DNA of 56,065 nucleotides, the filler included, from Squatina squatina (Eukaryota), in NCBI GenBank assembly GCA_031763465.1. It is 3 parts of 2 records of this genome, joined end to end, with 100 filler letters (N's around TTAATTAATTAA, not from the genome) between each part and the next. Parts side by side here need not be neighbours in the genome. Positions count along the whole stretch, not along the records: positions 1 to 16,556 come from JARFOE010000004.1; 2 more parts are not named here. One strand, 5' to 3'. Made by a program: the position numbers and the translations under genes. How positions within the stretch are numbered: the stretch's first letter is position 1; every line of letters begins with the position of its first letter. The notes under the pieces are model-generated. The model was given only the letters and a program-made list of their open reading frames with translations, did no database searches and had not been told where the DNA came from. This document shows, piece after piece, positions 1-12,360 of the stretch.

Positions 1-2281
1 CAACACTGGGTGATTTATTGATTCGGTGCTGGACTGACTTCTTAGCCGCAAGCATCCAGTGCTATTTGGCGCTAGAATGAGGGTTCAGGTCAAAGACAAC
101 AAGACAGACCTACAGTGACCGACTATAACTGGGCTGGATACCAGTCTTTACAACGTTCATTCATAGAAACAGGTGCAAGTGAAAATAGTGCTTTCATCTG
201 AAATATGAGTCAGTAGACTCGAGCAACGACATGAAAGTTGTGCTTTAAAAACAAACCATTTGAATATTTTATTCATAGGTTGGAGTGCAGCTAATTCATA
301 GGTTATGAATAGGAAGTTCAGAGAGGGAACTAGACAACCAGTAGGCATTCATACATGAGCTTTTAAAAAATTTACAAATGAAATCCATGCATTAGTCTGA
401 AACTCAATCACATGAACATTGAATATGTAAAAATATAAAGAAAAGGCAGACAGAAAAAAACAGTATATTGAACGCAACAGTGTATTGATGAGATCTTTTG
501 CATGAGTCATCCATCGGGCAATGTTCTATTTTAATACAATGTTTCTTATTAATTATGTACTAAATCGCTTTACACTGCACAGGCCATTCAGTGAAATTAA
601 AATACAGTTAATTGTCGTTTTCATTTTAGCTGCAGTGAAAGGTGACATTGGGTTATGAAGTTATCACTAAAGCTGCAAAGTCATTAGAACCTTTAAATCC
701 TTCATAAATTGCATAAAATGAAATGCTNNNNNNNNNNTTAATATTCAGAAGTTGTAATATGGAAGATTTCACAAGGAAAATTATTCACACAAATCAAATT
801 GTACAAAACATAATTCCAAATAATGATATTGCAAACTGTTTCAGAGGTTTAATTTTTTTCAAAAATACATCCTTAATTTTAACTGACACCTGAGACTAAT
901 GGCTTTTGTAACTCTATTCCCTGACATTTATAGTTAACCCAGTTATTCTGATCCAGTGCCTTAGCTGTCAGATTAAAGCTGTGACATTGAGATAATTGTT
1001 CCTTCAAGGGAACTGCAGTATAATAAACATGAATTGAAATAAANNNNNNNNNNNNNNNNNNNNNNNNNNNNNNNNNNNNNNNNNNNNNNNNNNNNNNNNN
1101 NNNNNNNNNNNNNNNNNNNNNNNNNNNNNNNNNNNNNNNNNNNNNNNNNNNNNNNNNNNNNNNNNNNNNNNNNNNNNNNNNNNNNNNNNNNNNNNNNNNN
1201 NNNNNNNNNNNNNNNNNNNNNNNNNNNNNTGTGAAATGAAGAGAAAGTGCTCAGCAGTTGGTAACGGTGGGACTCCCTGAAGCCCAGGTGATTTTTTTTT
1301 GCCTCCTCACGGCTGTATTGCATCAGTCTCTCATTCCACTTCTCAGCCCCAACATGACAGCTGTTAAGTCACAGCACAGAGTTCATTATGAAATAAAATT
1401 ATTATGCAGTCGGGTATGTGCCAGTAAAGTGGTTTTTATCGCCTCACTTTTATCAGGCAATGCAAATGAGGGCAGTTCAGGTTTTCTTGAGCACTGTATT
1501 GCTTATATCATCGTGCTGTGTCCTCAGCCTCCTTCAGTGGCTTCTTGTGAGCCCCAGAGGTGATTGGGAGCAAAAACAATAACAAGCTGGCAAAGGAAGA
1601 ACATAACAAGAACATCATTAGTGAAAAATTCTGGGAAATGCTATCAGATTCACTCAAACGCTATTTGTAATCTGTCAGTGACGTATTCGAAATGATCCTT
1701 TCATTTAACAGGGTCTCTCTATTGTTCCTTTGAAAATTATAGATCAATTCGTAAGGCCAGTGCTGGCAGGTGCCTACCATTTCTTTGAGCAAAGGGATAG
1801 TTTTAGCAGGAGATATCCTGTATGACTAATGTCTGACTAAATAGTCTGTCTCTTTTCCAATTACAAACACATGGTAGAGTCAGATATACTCCGTTTCTAT
1901 TCAAGCCACAAACTGCATTTCATAACTAATACAGTTTGTACCCCCGCAACACTTAACCTTCATTTCCTCTTTCTGGAATGCTCCCAGATATTCCTTCTAT
2001 AATCAGAAACAACAATTATAATATTGCCGAGACTGTTAATGCTGACTCATCATAATTAGTTATTTTTGAAAAGTATACTATAATAAACAAATAGAATTTG
2101 AAAAGCGAGTGTGTACGAATATTTTGGAACTTTAAAAAAAAATTTGTTCTGGGATGTGGGCGCCGCTGGCAAGGCCAGCATNNNNNNNNNNNNNNNNNNN
2201 NNNNNNNNNNNNNNNNNNNNNNNNNNNNNNNNNNNNNNNNNNNNNNNNNNNNNNNNNNNNNNNNNNNNNNNNNNNNNNNNN

Positions 2282-2358
2282 AATTCCAGTGAATATAAGC
2301 CTAGTCGATCCATTCTTTCTTCATATGTCAGACCTGCCATCCCGGGAATCAATCTGGT
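2282..2358 (-). mobile_element. CR1 LINE fragment (ORF2 C-terminal part)
   Basis: Minus frame reads TRLIPGMAGLTYEERMDRLGLYSLE, a typical CR1 ORF2 C-terminal motif; cut off by the gap. Confidence 0.85.
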
Positions 2359-2715
2359 AACAGCATTACAACAGCATTTCATGCTACCAGATCCTTTCAA
2401 GCCACTGCAGGAAACATCTGCCACCTCAGGTTGTCCACAGAGTCTACATTTGGCAAACAAGTGACAAATGCTCTGTTTGCAAGAGGTACCACCTTCAGCA
2501 TTTTCTCTGTGGGCAGGATGCAGAGCTTATTCCAGGAGGCAGGGTTCCCCCGAGAACAGAGCTTCATAGATGGCATCCATGTGAACATCAGTAATCCACA
2601 TATTAAGCCCATTGTCCATATGAACATAAGAGTTGGCACTCAAATTAATGTTCAGGTGGTATCTGACCACAGAGACATCCTTTTGCACAACAGTGACCAA
2701 TATCCATCCTTCATT
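2359..2715 (+). mobile_element. Degenerate PIF/Harbinger transposase fragment (HARBI1-like DDE)
   Basis: One frame reads FHATRSFQATAGNICH...QVTNALFAR...AGFPREQSFIDGIHVNI...INVQVVSDH...QYP, matching the Harbinger pattern FYASGSFQ...QVTDALF...GFP...IDCTHV...SINVQLVCD...YPG. Confidence 0.75.
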
Positions 2716-4899
2716 AGAAAAAAAGTAATTTATACCAGAAAGTACACAGAAGATTTGAAATAAAGATATTTGTTGGGCCCTTTCAGGTTCTTCTCTCTGC
2801 CATCGGAGCGGCATGGTATCCCGAATGGGTGTTTGGACCAGGCGTTTCAAAAGTGCCTGGCCAGCGTATGCAGATGATCTCCCCCATCCCAGTAATTTGG
2901 GACTGGGTCTGGGCCTCTCCATTAGGGCACATACTTAGGAGTTGAACTTGCGCAAGGCTTCTCTTAATCGCCTGCTGTAACTTCGTCACACTGCTTACGC
3001 TGTAACTTTGCCGCTGAAGTTACGGCAAACAATTTGTAACCACCCCCCGGCCATGGGAATTGATGACGTTAGAATTCACTCTGTCACTCTTGTGCCAGCA
3101 GAGTTGTGCTACAGGAATTCTGGGCCCACACTGTCTAGGCTCACATATAACAAATAAGTGGCCATGAGGGTGAGTTGTCAGAGGACTGTCAGTGCACATG
3201 CACTGTATCTCAGCATCGGTCACTGCCTTCAGGAACAAAGAGGATATTGGAGGAAAAACGGATAGGCCTGGTTCTCTTGCTGTCTCCGAATTACCCTGAA
3301 TGTAACCAGTACTATAGTTGCACTATTTGCTCATTTAATTTGTGGTCTCTTTTCATTATTTAATATAATTAATCATTTTGTAAAAAATATGCTGATGCGT
3401 TTGAAAGGGTCATTTGTGCATTGATGTTTTTTTATTAGGAACCAAATACAGCAACTGCTAAGGAATGCAAGACCTGGTAAATAATAAACTAAGTATTTAC
3501 ATTATACTGAACAAGAGCAACTGAAAAGACAGTCTTATCTGTGACCTTGCTTCAGATTCGTTCCTATTGTCAGGAAAGAACTGGCAGCAGCTCATTCTTA
3601 ACAGCTGCAATGATTAAGCTGAAATTCACACACAGCAGGTTATAAATTTTCTGACAATAGGGAGCTGCAGGAANNNNNNNNNNNNNNNNNNNNNNNNNNN
3701 NNNNNNNNNNNNNNNNNNNNNNNNNNNNNNNNNNNNNNNNNNNNNNNNNNNNNNNNNNNNNNNNNNNNNNNNNAGATGCAGATGCTGGAGTTGTACATAT
3801 TAGCGAGCCACCATTTTACAAATGTATGCTTGAGGAAGTTAGTGAAGAAAAGAGCCATTGAGACATTCAAAAAGTATCCAAAACAAAACCAAATGTGAAT
3901 CAAGGAAAGTAGCAGGCATTCAACGAAAACGTACACAAATGGCCCGCGATATGTTACAACCATCTCTTTGTGAGAAATCACAAAGTTCACTGTGAAAGCA
4001 AAGCCGCAGACACTGTGGTGCTGTATCACGTCCTTGGCCAGTGGCCCTGCACCACCCACTTGCCTGCAGGAGATGCCACAAGATCCTACCCACCCAGAAA
4101 AGCCGATAGGATCGGGGACAATGAGTGTTTATTATGAGACACAGCTGTGACATTGTTCCTGTGGCACGAGAAGGGCCGACAAGAGATCCCTCAGCTGTAC
4201 TGCCCTACTTTGTCTTCCAACTCCAAACTCCTTTAAATTGCATGTTTGGGGTGTCCCTTTAAATACCCCAGTTGAGGTCACATTTTGTGGGTCCACATCA
4301 TGCCTGCTGCCGGTGACTGGACGGGAAACCCGGAAGTAAAATCATAATGAGGTGGCTGAGTTAAAAAGCCATTGACAGATACATTGAACTTACTTCCAAG
4401 CTTCCCACGTGATATCCGGCCCCAGTTTCCATGTAATTGTTAAATACAAGAGAGAAGAAACAAGTTACTAACTATTGTTTATTCACTTTTTAACTGTGAG
4501 ACAGGGGCCCCCAAATCTTGTCATATGTCACTCCATCTAGTGGATTAGAGAAGAACCTGAAGTCCCTTTCTCCACAGATTATCAATATATTACAATCATT
4601 TCATAATAACGCCCAGAAAAGGCAAGATTATTTTCACATCTTTGGAACATTTTACCACACTATAGGTACAAATCTCTGCGTATACAATCTTCTATTGTAA
4701 CACTGCGACAAGCACCACGATGGGCCTTGCCAGTCACACATCTCTAACCACAGGACAGTATAGGGCACTCAGCATCTCAAACCTGCTCCACCTAGCAGTG
4801 CAGGACGGTGTAATCAGAAGGGGTTCCGTAACTGCTGTCAATGTTCTTTGTTCCCTCCAGTTATCCCTTCTCCGAAAGCTACTGGCACACATTTGAACA

Positions 4900-5210
4900 A
4901 ACAGTCATTTGTCATGTGCAAGTCAGTGCTTGTTGACAAACTATTCAGTCACAGGAGGCATCACGTGAGGCCAAACCTGACATCCACACACGCAAACACG
5001 CATTCCAGCAGGGACCAGAAGTGGGATCCCTGGCTGACTTTTTGTTTCCCGTCCCTAGCTGAGACCTATTGTAGTGCCACCACCCCTACTGCCACCCTGG
5101 CTCAGATCAGCTAATTCAGCAGAGAACCAGAAACTGAGCCTGGGGCCTTCCCACTCTATATGGTTAAGCTCCATGCTGAGCAATTCATGTAGCAACTGAA
5201 CCATCTGGGG
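4900..5210 (-). mobile_element. SINE copy with tRNA-like head (family repeated in this window)
   Basis: Reverse complement is similar to copies at about 23690-24170, 29140-29540, 10420-10620 and 55440-55630; boundaries approximate. Confidence 0.6.
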
Positions 5211-5769
5211 AAGCCATGTCTTTATGATCAGTAGTAGATAGCAGTCACTGGCCGTGCAGACAGTTACAATCGGCTGGGAGACTTACCTGCCACTGTCCAC
5301 CTTCCTTCCACCAGTCTTCAATTTGAACCTGGCAGCAAGGACACCCATTTAAAACCAGCAGGATCCTCCTTTAAATATGCAGATCAGGCTGTGATGACAT
5401 CAGCGGGGCCTGATAGCTATTATAACTGACGGCCGGAGCGGGGGAGGGAGTTGTGGCTTTCTCACCAGGTGAAACGAGTGGGAAGAAGGGGGCGAGGTCA
5501 GAAGAAGCCCAAAGAGGGAAGTTTGTAATGTTTTATTTAACTTTGCTTGTGGGGCCAGCAGGAGCAAAAGTGCTCATCTGAGCCCCTGCAATGAAAGTTT
5601 AAGGCCTCCGCTGTCCTGGGCTCCCCCCACTCTCCGACCGCGAGACCCTCCCGAAAGCCCATCCTCGAAACTTAGCAGGGACCGTTCCATCAGCGCTTCT
5701 TGTTGCTCAGCATTCCACTCCCGCATGCCAGCCTGCTGTCACTTCCCACCGGTTGTGGGCGGGCAGCTG

Positions 5770-5945
5770 ATAGAAACATAAAAAATAGGAGCAGGAGTAG
5801 GCCATTCAACCCTTCGAGCCTGCTCCGCCATTCAATATGATCATGGCTGATCATTCAAATTCAGTACCCTTTCCCTGCTTTCTCCCCATATCTCTTGATC
5901 CCTTTAGCAATAAGAACTAGATCTAACTACTTCTTGAATACATTT
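5770..5945 (-). mobile_element. CR1 LINE 3' end
   Basis: Reverse complement ends with ...gggttgaatggcctactcctgctcctat...tatgtttcta, the CR1 3' terminus also seen in other copies here. Confidence 0.75.
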
Positions 5946-6269
5946 AGGGCGGCCAATTTGTGGTAAAACTTCCAGCGAGAAATCGGCACAAAACTGGCAT
6001 TAAGCCACTTTTGGTGCTAAAATGCCGGCGCAAAATTCGGGTCCTGTTTGCGCCGGCGCAAACTGGGTGCAAAGCCCATAACGCTTGAGGTGCTAGCGTT
6101 AGTCTTAAAGCGGTGCTGTAACGTCATCATTGCACGTGCCGCCCAAAATGGCCACCCGTCCAGAACTGCACTCAATTCTTTGGGCGCTAAACGGGCGGTG
6201 ACAACGCCTGCTTTTTTCAGCGTGGACATGGGCCTTACCTCGGAGAATCCAGCGCATTCAAGAGCGCTC
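5946..6269. mobile_element. CpG-rich DNA transposon/MITE end, possibly Harbinger-like
   Basis: Abrupt switch to CpG-rich sequence starting agggcggccaattt; similar in style to the GGG...AATT termini at 15971, 52920 and 56012. Confidence 0.4.
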
Positions 6270-7412
6270 NNNNNNNNNNNNNNNNNNNNNNNNNNNNNNN
6301 NNNNNNNNNNNNNNNNNNNNNNNNNNNNNNNNNNNNNNNNNNNNNNNNNNNNNNNNNNNNNNNNNNNNNCTTGGCAGGGCGAAGGGAAGTAGGTTTTACA
6401 AACAATCCCATTTCAAAGGAGCCTTTAGTTTGGTGTGCCTGACCAGAGCTGTTACAGGCATCAGGCATAACTGACCATTGTTTTCTAAGCATCAGCCGCC
6501 CTTACTGAATGTGAAGCAATTGAGATTATGGCAAATGTGCTTCAGTGTAAGACAATTAAGGGAAAAGTAAGTAATATAAGGGGGCTGAAAGGATTTTTTT
6601 AATAAATTCTGTTTCTACTCATTTAGACACGTTATTGTACTGCAGGTTTGAGATCAGTATCTGTGGTGAATGATGCAGCCCCTACGGACATGAATTGCAC
6701 TGCTGCATCTGCACTGTTTTCAAAGGATTGTACAGAACTTTGCTAACCAATGTACATTGGTCAGTTACATAGAATAACGCAGAATTTAAAAAAATGTACA
6801 GCAGAGAAACAGGCCTTTCAGCCCAATTAGATTATGCTGGCATCTATGCTCCGCACGAGCCTCTCCCCACCCCACTTCTGGGAATAAAGTGAGGATTTAA
6901 ACTGGGAAGCCCAGATTTCCCGTATATACAAAGCAAAGAGCTGCCTTTACCCGATAGTCAAGTGGTGGGTCTTCCAAAGGCAGATCTTCAGTGTATCTTC
7001 GATCAGCAACTGGAGGGGTGGTGGGTCATGCTGGTCAGGTGCGGCACATCAACTTGATATTTAAGCTTCATGCCAGAACTAAATTGGTACAATTTTACGC
7101 AGCTATAATGCAAAATGCTTAGCAGAACTGGAGTTTGGCGATAGACGCTAATGCAGTGCAGGAAGTTTAATCTGTACACTTTTGTTCATTTCAAATGGGA
7201 AAAGAAAATCAGGATAAAAATATATATTTTTTTGAAAAGCAATAGATCAGTTTGCCAATTCAGTAAGTGTTTGGGAGCGTCCTGAGCTGGAGTGATTAAC
7301 GAACTAAAAAATNNNNNNNNNNNNNNNNNNNNNNNNNNNNNNNNNNNNNNNNNNNNNNNNNNNNNNNNNNNNNNNNNNNNNNNNNNNNNNNNNNNNNNNN
7401 NNNNNNNNNNNN

Positions 7413-7497
7413 CCTCCCGCCGCCATTTTTTCCTGTAACACCCCATTAGCGCCCTCCGGAGGCGCTAATGGGGCACAACAGGAGATGAATTTCTCCC
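7413..7497 (-). mobile_element. MITE/DNA transposon terminus with subterminal hairpin
   Basis: Reverse complement aligns with 52920-53007; perfect inverted repeat ccccattagcgcc/ggcgctaatgggg at 7441-7473. Confidence 0.7.
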
Positions 7498-7529
7498 TCC
7501 AAGTTTCTCCGGTCTTTCCTTGTAACTCT

Positions 7530-7722
7530 GACCTCAGGCGTGACGGAGCCTCATGGCGCTTCTCTGCAGTGCCTCCAAAACTTGAATGCCTTGCCTGTAT
7601 CTCAGTGGCCAGAACTGGACACAGTGTTTAAGGTATGATCTTATCAGAGCACTGTACAGTTTTGGCATGATTTCCTCTGACTTATACTCTACTATTTTGG
7701 CGATATAAGCTTCAGTCTGTCC
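7530..7722 (-). mobile_element. Old CR1 LINE fragment
   Basis: Minus frame AYIAKIVEYKSEEIMPKLYSALIRSYLKHCVQFWPLRYRQGIQVLEALQR matches CR1 EYKS...LYKTLVRPHLEYCVQFWSP. Confidence 0.75.
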
Positions 7723-9139
7723 AGCAGCACATCGTCCAGCTTCGGGCGATGGAACCCGTTCTTCTTGGAGGACTTTGCTTTCTTCACAAAGTTCTGACTC
7801 ATATCAAAGTCGAGGGACTGGGTGGAATGCCAGCTGTCATTTTCTACAACGCTGTCCGTCCTGATTGGAGAGTTTGAACTCAACGGCATCCAGTCACATT
7901 CCTCTTTGGAGGGTGGAAGGTAGCCAGTGTATTTGCTTTGTTGACTCCTGCTCTGCATTGGTTGAGCATGTTGAGTGCTGAATCCCACCTCTAAATGTAA
8001 CATCTCAATGTGGTGGGAGATGAAAGAAGTGCCCGTACCGTTAGTTTTTCTCAAAGCTAGGAATGGGGTGGAAACCTGGCAGAAAGGGGTTCCTGTAAAT
8101 CCTCCCCCTCACCCTCCAGCTTTGGGCCTAAGTTTCTAGGCCATCATTTCACTGTACACCGGCCATGGATTTTGAGATGTGAGCGCAAGGTGCCTGAATT
8201 TGGGTGCTCAGTAAACGAACCTAAACTTGACTGAGTTCAGGCAGTTTGGGGTTTTATCATCAATTCAGTGCCCTTGAGCAGACTGCCACAATGTTGTCAG
8301 CAGGAGTTCTCACTGTTATACTTCTGCTGTGGCCTGTGGTCTATATTATCTTGATACAATCTCTGAGAAATACGCAGAATCAATCCGTGTTATAAAAGCT
8401 ATCAAGCACGCATCCAAAAATCTTTAAGTTGATGAAGCCAGAGTCACAATGGGTCACAGAATCAGAGATGCAATAACTTTGAAAGCAGTCGATTTCTTAG
8501 TGCCCAGCGCTCCCCTTCACTTTGTTATTCAATGCCTGTATAAAAAAACAAACTGTTCACTTACATACATGTCCACCATTGCTTTTATCTTTTTGTGAGC
8601 CCAATGTATATTTGGGAATCACCACCAGTGTATTATCACTGGATTGAAAAGGGTTAATTAGGGGAAGCTCAGTAAGAAATCCTATTACATGTCAAAGCTT
8701 GGAAAATGGTTCCTGAATAAAGTAATAACTATGGCTAATATCATCAGACTGCAAATGTCTCTTTAGAGAAGAAAGAAGGGGCGTCTGCTATAAACCGGCT
8801 GAGAGTGGTTCTGGATTTTAAATAACTCTCCGGGAAATAACTGCAGCCCGGCACCAGCTTGTCTCACTGAACAATGGGTCGCTGAATCAGAGATGCAATA
8901 ACTTTGACTCCTTAGAACCAGCCCCTCCTCTTTGTTTCGTACCAGATGCCTGTGTAAAAAGACAAACCATTCACTTACGCATGTTCCCTGCTGCTTTTGT
9001 AACAAACTTTGGAACAGGAAATTTGTGCACATGATGAAGGGATGACATTTTACAAGGGTGAAAAGGAAAAGGATTTGGGCAACTCACTGAAACTATGCAG
9101 TCAATGTGATGAGATTATTAATAAAACTAATTATCTGTT

Positions 9140-9322
9140 GAAACGAAAACAGAAAGTGCTGGAAGCACTCAGCAGATCAGGAGGGGGGGGAACAGTTTCA
9201 GGTGACAAAAGTCCACGCCTGAAATATTAATGTCTGTTCTCTCCACAGATACTACCTCACCCAGTGAGTGTTTCCAGCTCTGTTTTAGTTTCGGATCCCT
9301 CGCGGATGCAGTATTTTACTTT
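9140..9322. mobile_element. Inverted pair of Penelope-like terminal sequences
   Basis: aaaacagaaagtgctggaagcactcagcag...tgagtgtttccagctctgtttt forms an imperfect inverted repeat; both arms resemble 27845-27950. Confidence 0.55.
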
Positions 9323-11123
9323 ATGTTTAAATACGGGCTGAGTTGCATTGCAAGGGCTTTTAATTGTGAGTGATGTCTTGCAACCATTGACTATGAACGG
9401 GCAGAAAAAAGACCAAAATAAATTATTTTAATTGTTTGTAAATCACTGATCAGGCCACACTTGAAAAATGATGAGCATTTCTGGGAAATTGCCTGTAAAA
9501 TGGAAATTAACACGGGAAAGAATAACAAAGAAGGTTCAGGATCTTAAAGGTTAGGGCCAGATTATGGGGAGAGAGAAATGAGAATATATACATGATCCAG
9601 ATTTTTAAAATTTGATAATGTAGATGCAAACAGATTATTTAACTTGGGCTGAGTAATGACCACCAAACCATAGAAGTTTACAGCAGAGGGAGAAGCCATT
9701 CGACCTATTGGGTCAGATCCTGCTGCAAAAATAGCATTGGGTTCACGACGGATGCGTTATCAATGTGCAGATTCGGAGGATTAAGAGATACGCTGTGAGA
9801 TGCAAATCCCCAGAACTTGCTGGTCAATTTACGCCACTCCGCCGTTTGCTTCGCACAAACTGCCTCTCGTCCTTAGCCTCCCTATTGTTTTTAAGAACTT
9901 TCCGGATTTGCACATTAATTGGCCATTAAACTCGAGCAATTATCCAACTTTGTGCTGCCAAAGGAAAGCCTTTCCTGTTGGAATTGGATATTGGATATCC
10001 AGGCACGTGCTGTGGACGATTTTCCAACCCTTAAATTCACTGCCAATAAATCATGNNNNNNNNNNNNNNNNNNNNNNNNNNNNNNNNNNNNNNNNNNNNN
10101 NNNNNNNNNNNNNNNNNNNNNNNNNNNNNNNNNNNNNNNNNNNNNNNNNNNNNNNCCAAAACCTTTTAAGGAGTGGTAGGTGGGCCTATGGTTTGCAGGC
10201 TGCATTATAGATGTGGCAGCATATTGTGGGCTGAATATCTTGTACATGCAGAGTCCAACCATGTCCTTGACTTGAGTGGGCACTAAGAAAGCAGCAGCAA
10301 TAGCACACAAGACTTCCCTGGCTGACTAAAGTCAGCTGATCAAACTTGCACTATAGAAAACAGCTTTCTCCCCCAACTCCAACCTGAATTCCACTCTTTG
10401 AGTGCACTGCAAGTTGAATGATCAGCGGTTCCTGGCTTGGCTACGATAGCCACCTCCGGTGTGGTTAAATAGCCTGCTGACATTCGCCATTACTCAGCGG
10501 CTAGACTGAGACATGAGACCATTTGGGTGAGGTGCTAGAGGTTTTCCAGCGCCTGTGTGTAACCATAGCATTAGTCAGCACCTTCAGGACAGGAGGAAAG
10601 GGTAAGAAATTGAGGAAGGAATATTCATGACGTAAACGGTGTCTGAACAGTAAATGCAAGAATGTAAGTCATCAGTTTGTTGCTTCCGCAGCCTGGTATG
10701 GTCACCTTAACAACACAGCAGTAGGACCCAATGCTGACCTCAGTGCTGGATCTAGCCTGTGGAAACTAGGTGATGAAACATTTCGTCATATTTTAACAAA
10801 AATAACTGCATTGTTCAGCTTCTTTAATGAAACAAATTTCTTTTGTTAATGTATTTGCTCATGTTTCTAAGTACTGTAATTATTTATTTTGGCGCCGGGG
10901 CTGTAATATGCAGTCACAACTGTTTCCTGCTGCACACCACTTGGTAGCAACAGGCCAACATTTTAAATGGGCTCTTTCAGCCTCACCATGGCTGTTTCCC
11001 CAAGAACCTGTTTAGCAATGGCCNNNNNNNNNNNNNNNNNNNNNNNNNNNNNNNNNNNNNNNNNNNNNNNNNNNNNNNNNNNNNNNNNNNNNNNNNNNNN
11101 NNNNNNNNNNNNNNNNNNNNNNN

Positions 11124-11470
11124 CACTCACTCAACTTGTCTAAATCGCCTTGAAGCCTCTTTGCATTCTCCTCACAACTCACATTCCCACCCAGTTTTGC
11201 ATCATCAGCAAACTTGGAAATATTACATTTGGTTCTCTCATGCAAATCATTAATAGATATTGTGAATAGCTGGGGCCCAAGTACTGATCCCTACCGGACC
11301 CAACTAGTCACCGCCTGCCACCCCATAAAAGCCCCGTTTATTCCTACTTTCTGTTTGCTGTCTGTTAACCAATCCTCAATCCATGCCAGTGTATTACCCC
11401 CAATCACATGTGCTATAATTTTGCACACTAACCTCTTGTGTGGGACCTTATCAAAAGCCTTCTGAAAATG
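11124..11470 (-). mobile_element. CR1 LINE reverse transcriptase fragment
   Basis: ISKFADDAKLGGNVSCEENAKRLQGDLDKLSE (FADD catalytic motif); close relative at 26205-26640. Confidence 0.92.
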
Positions 11471-11759
11471 GTATCACTGCCCAGCTGGAATAGCTTGGGT
11501 GCAGAAACAAGCTAGTTTCTGCCGACAGAACATTGAGCAAACTTGCGCAGGGTCAAAGAATAGGATCAAGAACACTCAAACTCATTTTGTTTAGGGTTCC
11601 ATTGTCAGCAGAGACAAGTCTTTCATCACATCAGCTACCATATCAGAAGTTTGGGGACAGTGTGCTGACCAACTTTGCCACCCATCAGAGTCCATTCTCA
11701 GACAACTTTCTGGACAACTTAAAATAAACAAAATCAAGACAATATAGTTCATAATTCAC

Positions 11760-11765
11760 TTTATT
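11760..11765 (-). promoter_or_regulatory. Putative polyadenylation signal of ALDH8A1
   Basis: AATAAA on the minus strand about 600 nt after the ALDH8A1 stop. Confidence 0.45.
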
Positions 11766-12360
11766 TTTCAAAATTACATTTTATATTTTTAACGTATTCA
11801 GATGACTGATGCGTTCAGCTGATAAACTATATGATATATTGTTAAGGCTTTGCCTCTCATCACAATGTATGGACAATACTGCAGATCCGTACCTCACTAG
11901 CACAACACGATTATAAGGCTGTATTTGCTCCTGAAGAATCACAGTAACATCACTTTGATAAAACATTACTATTAGTTATGAATTATTGTTAAATGGCATT
12001 TCTTCTCCTGATCCATCCCTGTCTGTCCTTTTGAGGTGGCTCGAAGGGCAAGAAGATATCAGCTTATCCACTTGGAGACCTGCACCTCTCGAAGACTTTG
12101 ATGGTAACACATGTAAATAAATGTTTCTCTGTGCTCAGCAGTGTCCACACACTGAGGCATGGCTAATCTTTCTCCCCCATCTCCCATGGTGAGGCAGTCT
12201 ACCATCACTAAGCATCCTGGGTGACACTCCATTCCACACAATTACAACGGATTGATATAATTTAAATGTTTTTTCCCTGTAAAATTTGTTTGCATTTAAA
12301 ACAATTACTTATTTTAATTATTTAAAGTTAATGTTTCACTCACTCAATATGTGTGAAGAG

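Noticed and set aside
3780-4270. Possible Harbinger-related minus-strand ORFs
   Set aside because: Only faint resemblance (QCLRL; cctttaaat motif); too degenerate to call
6646-6760. Cys-rich frame with an internal TGA (selenoprotein idea)
   Set aside because: No selenoprotein family motif and no SECIS evident
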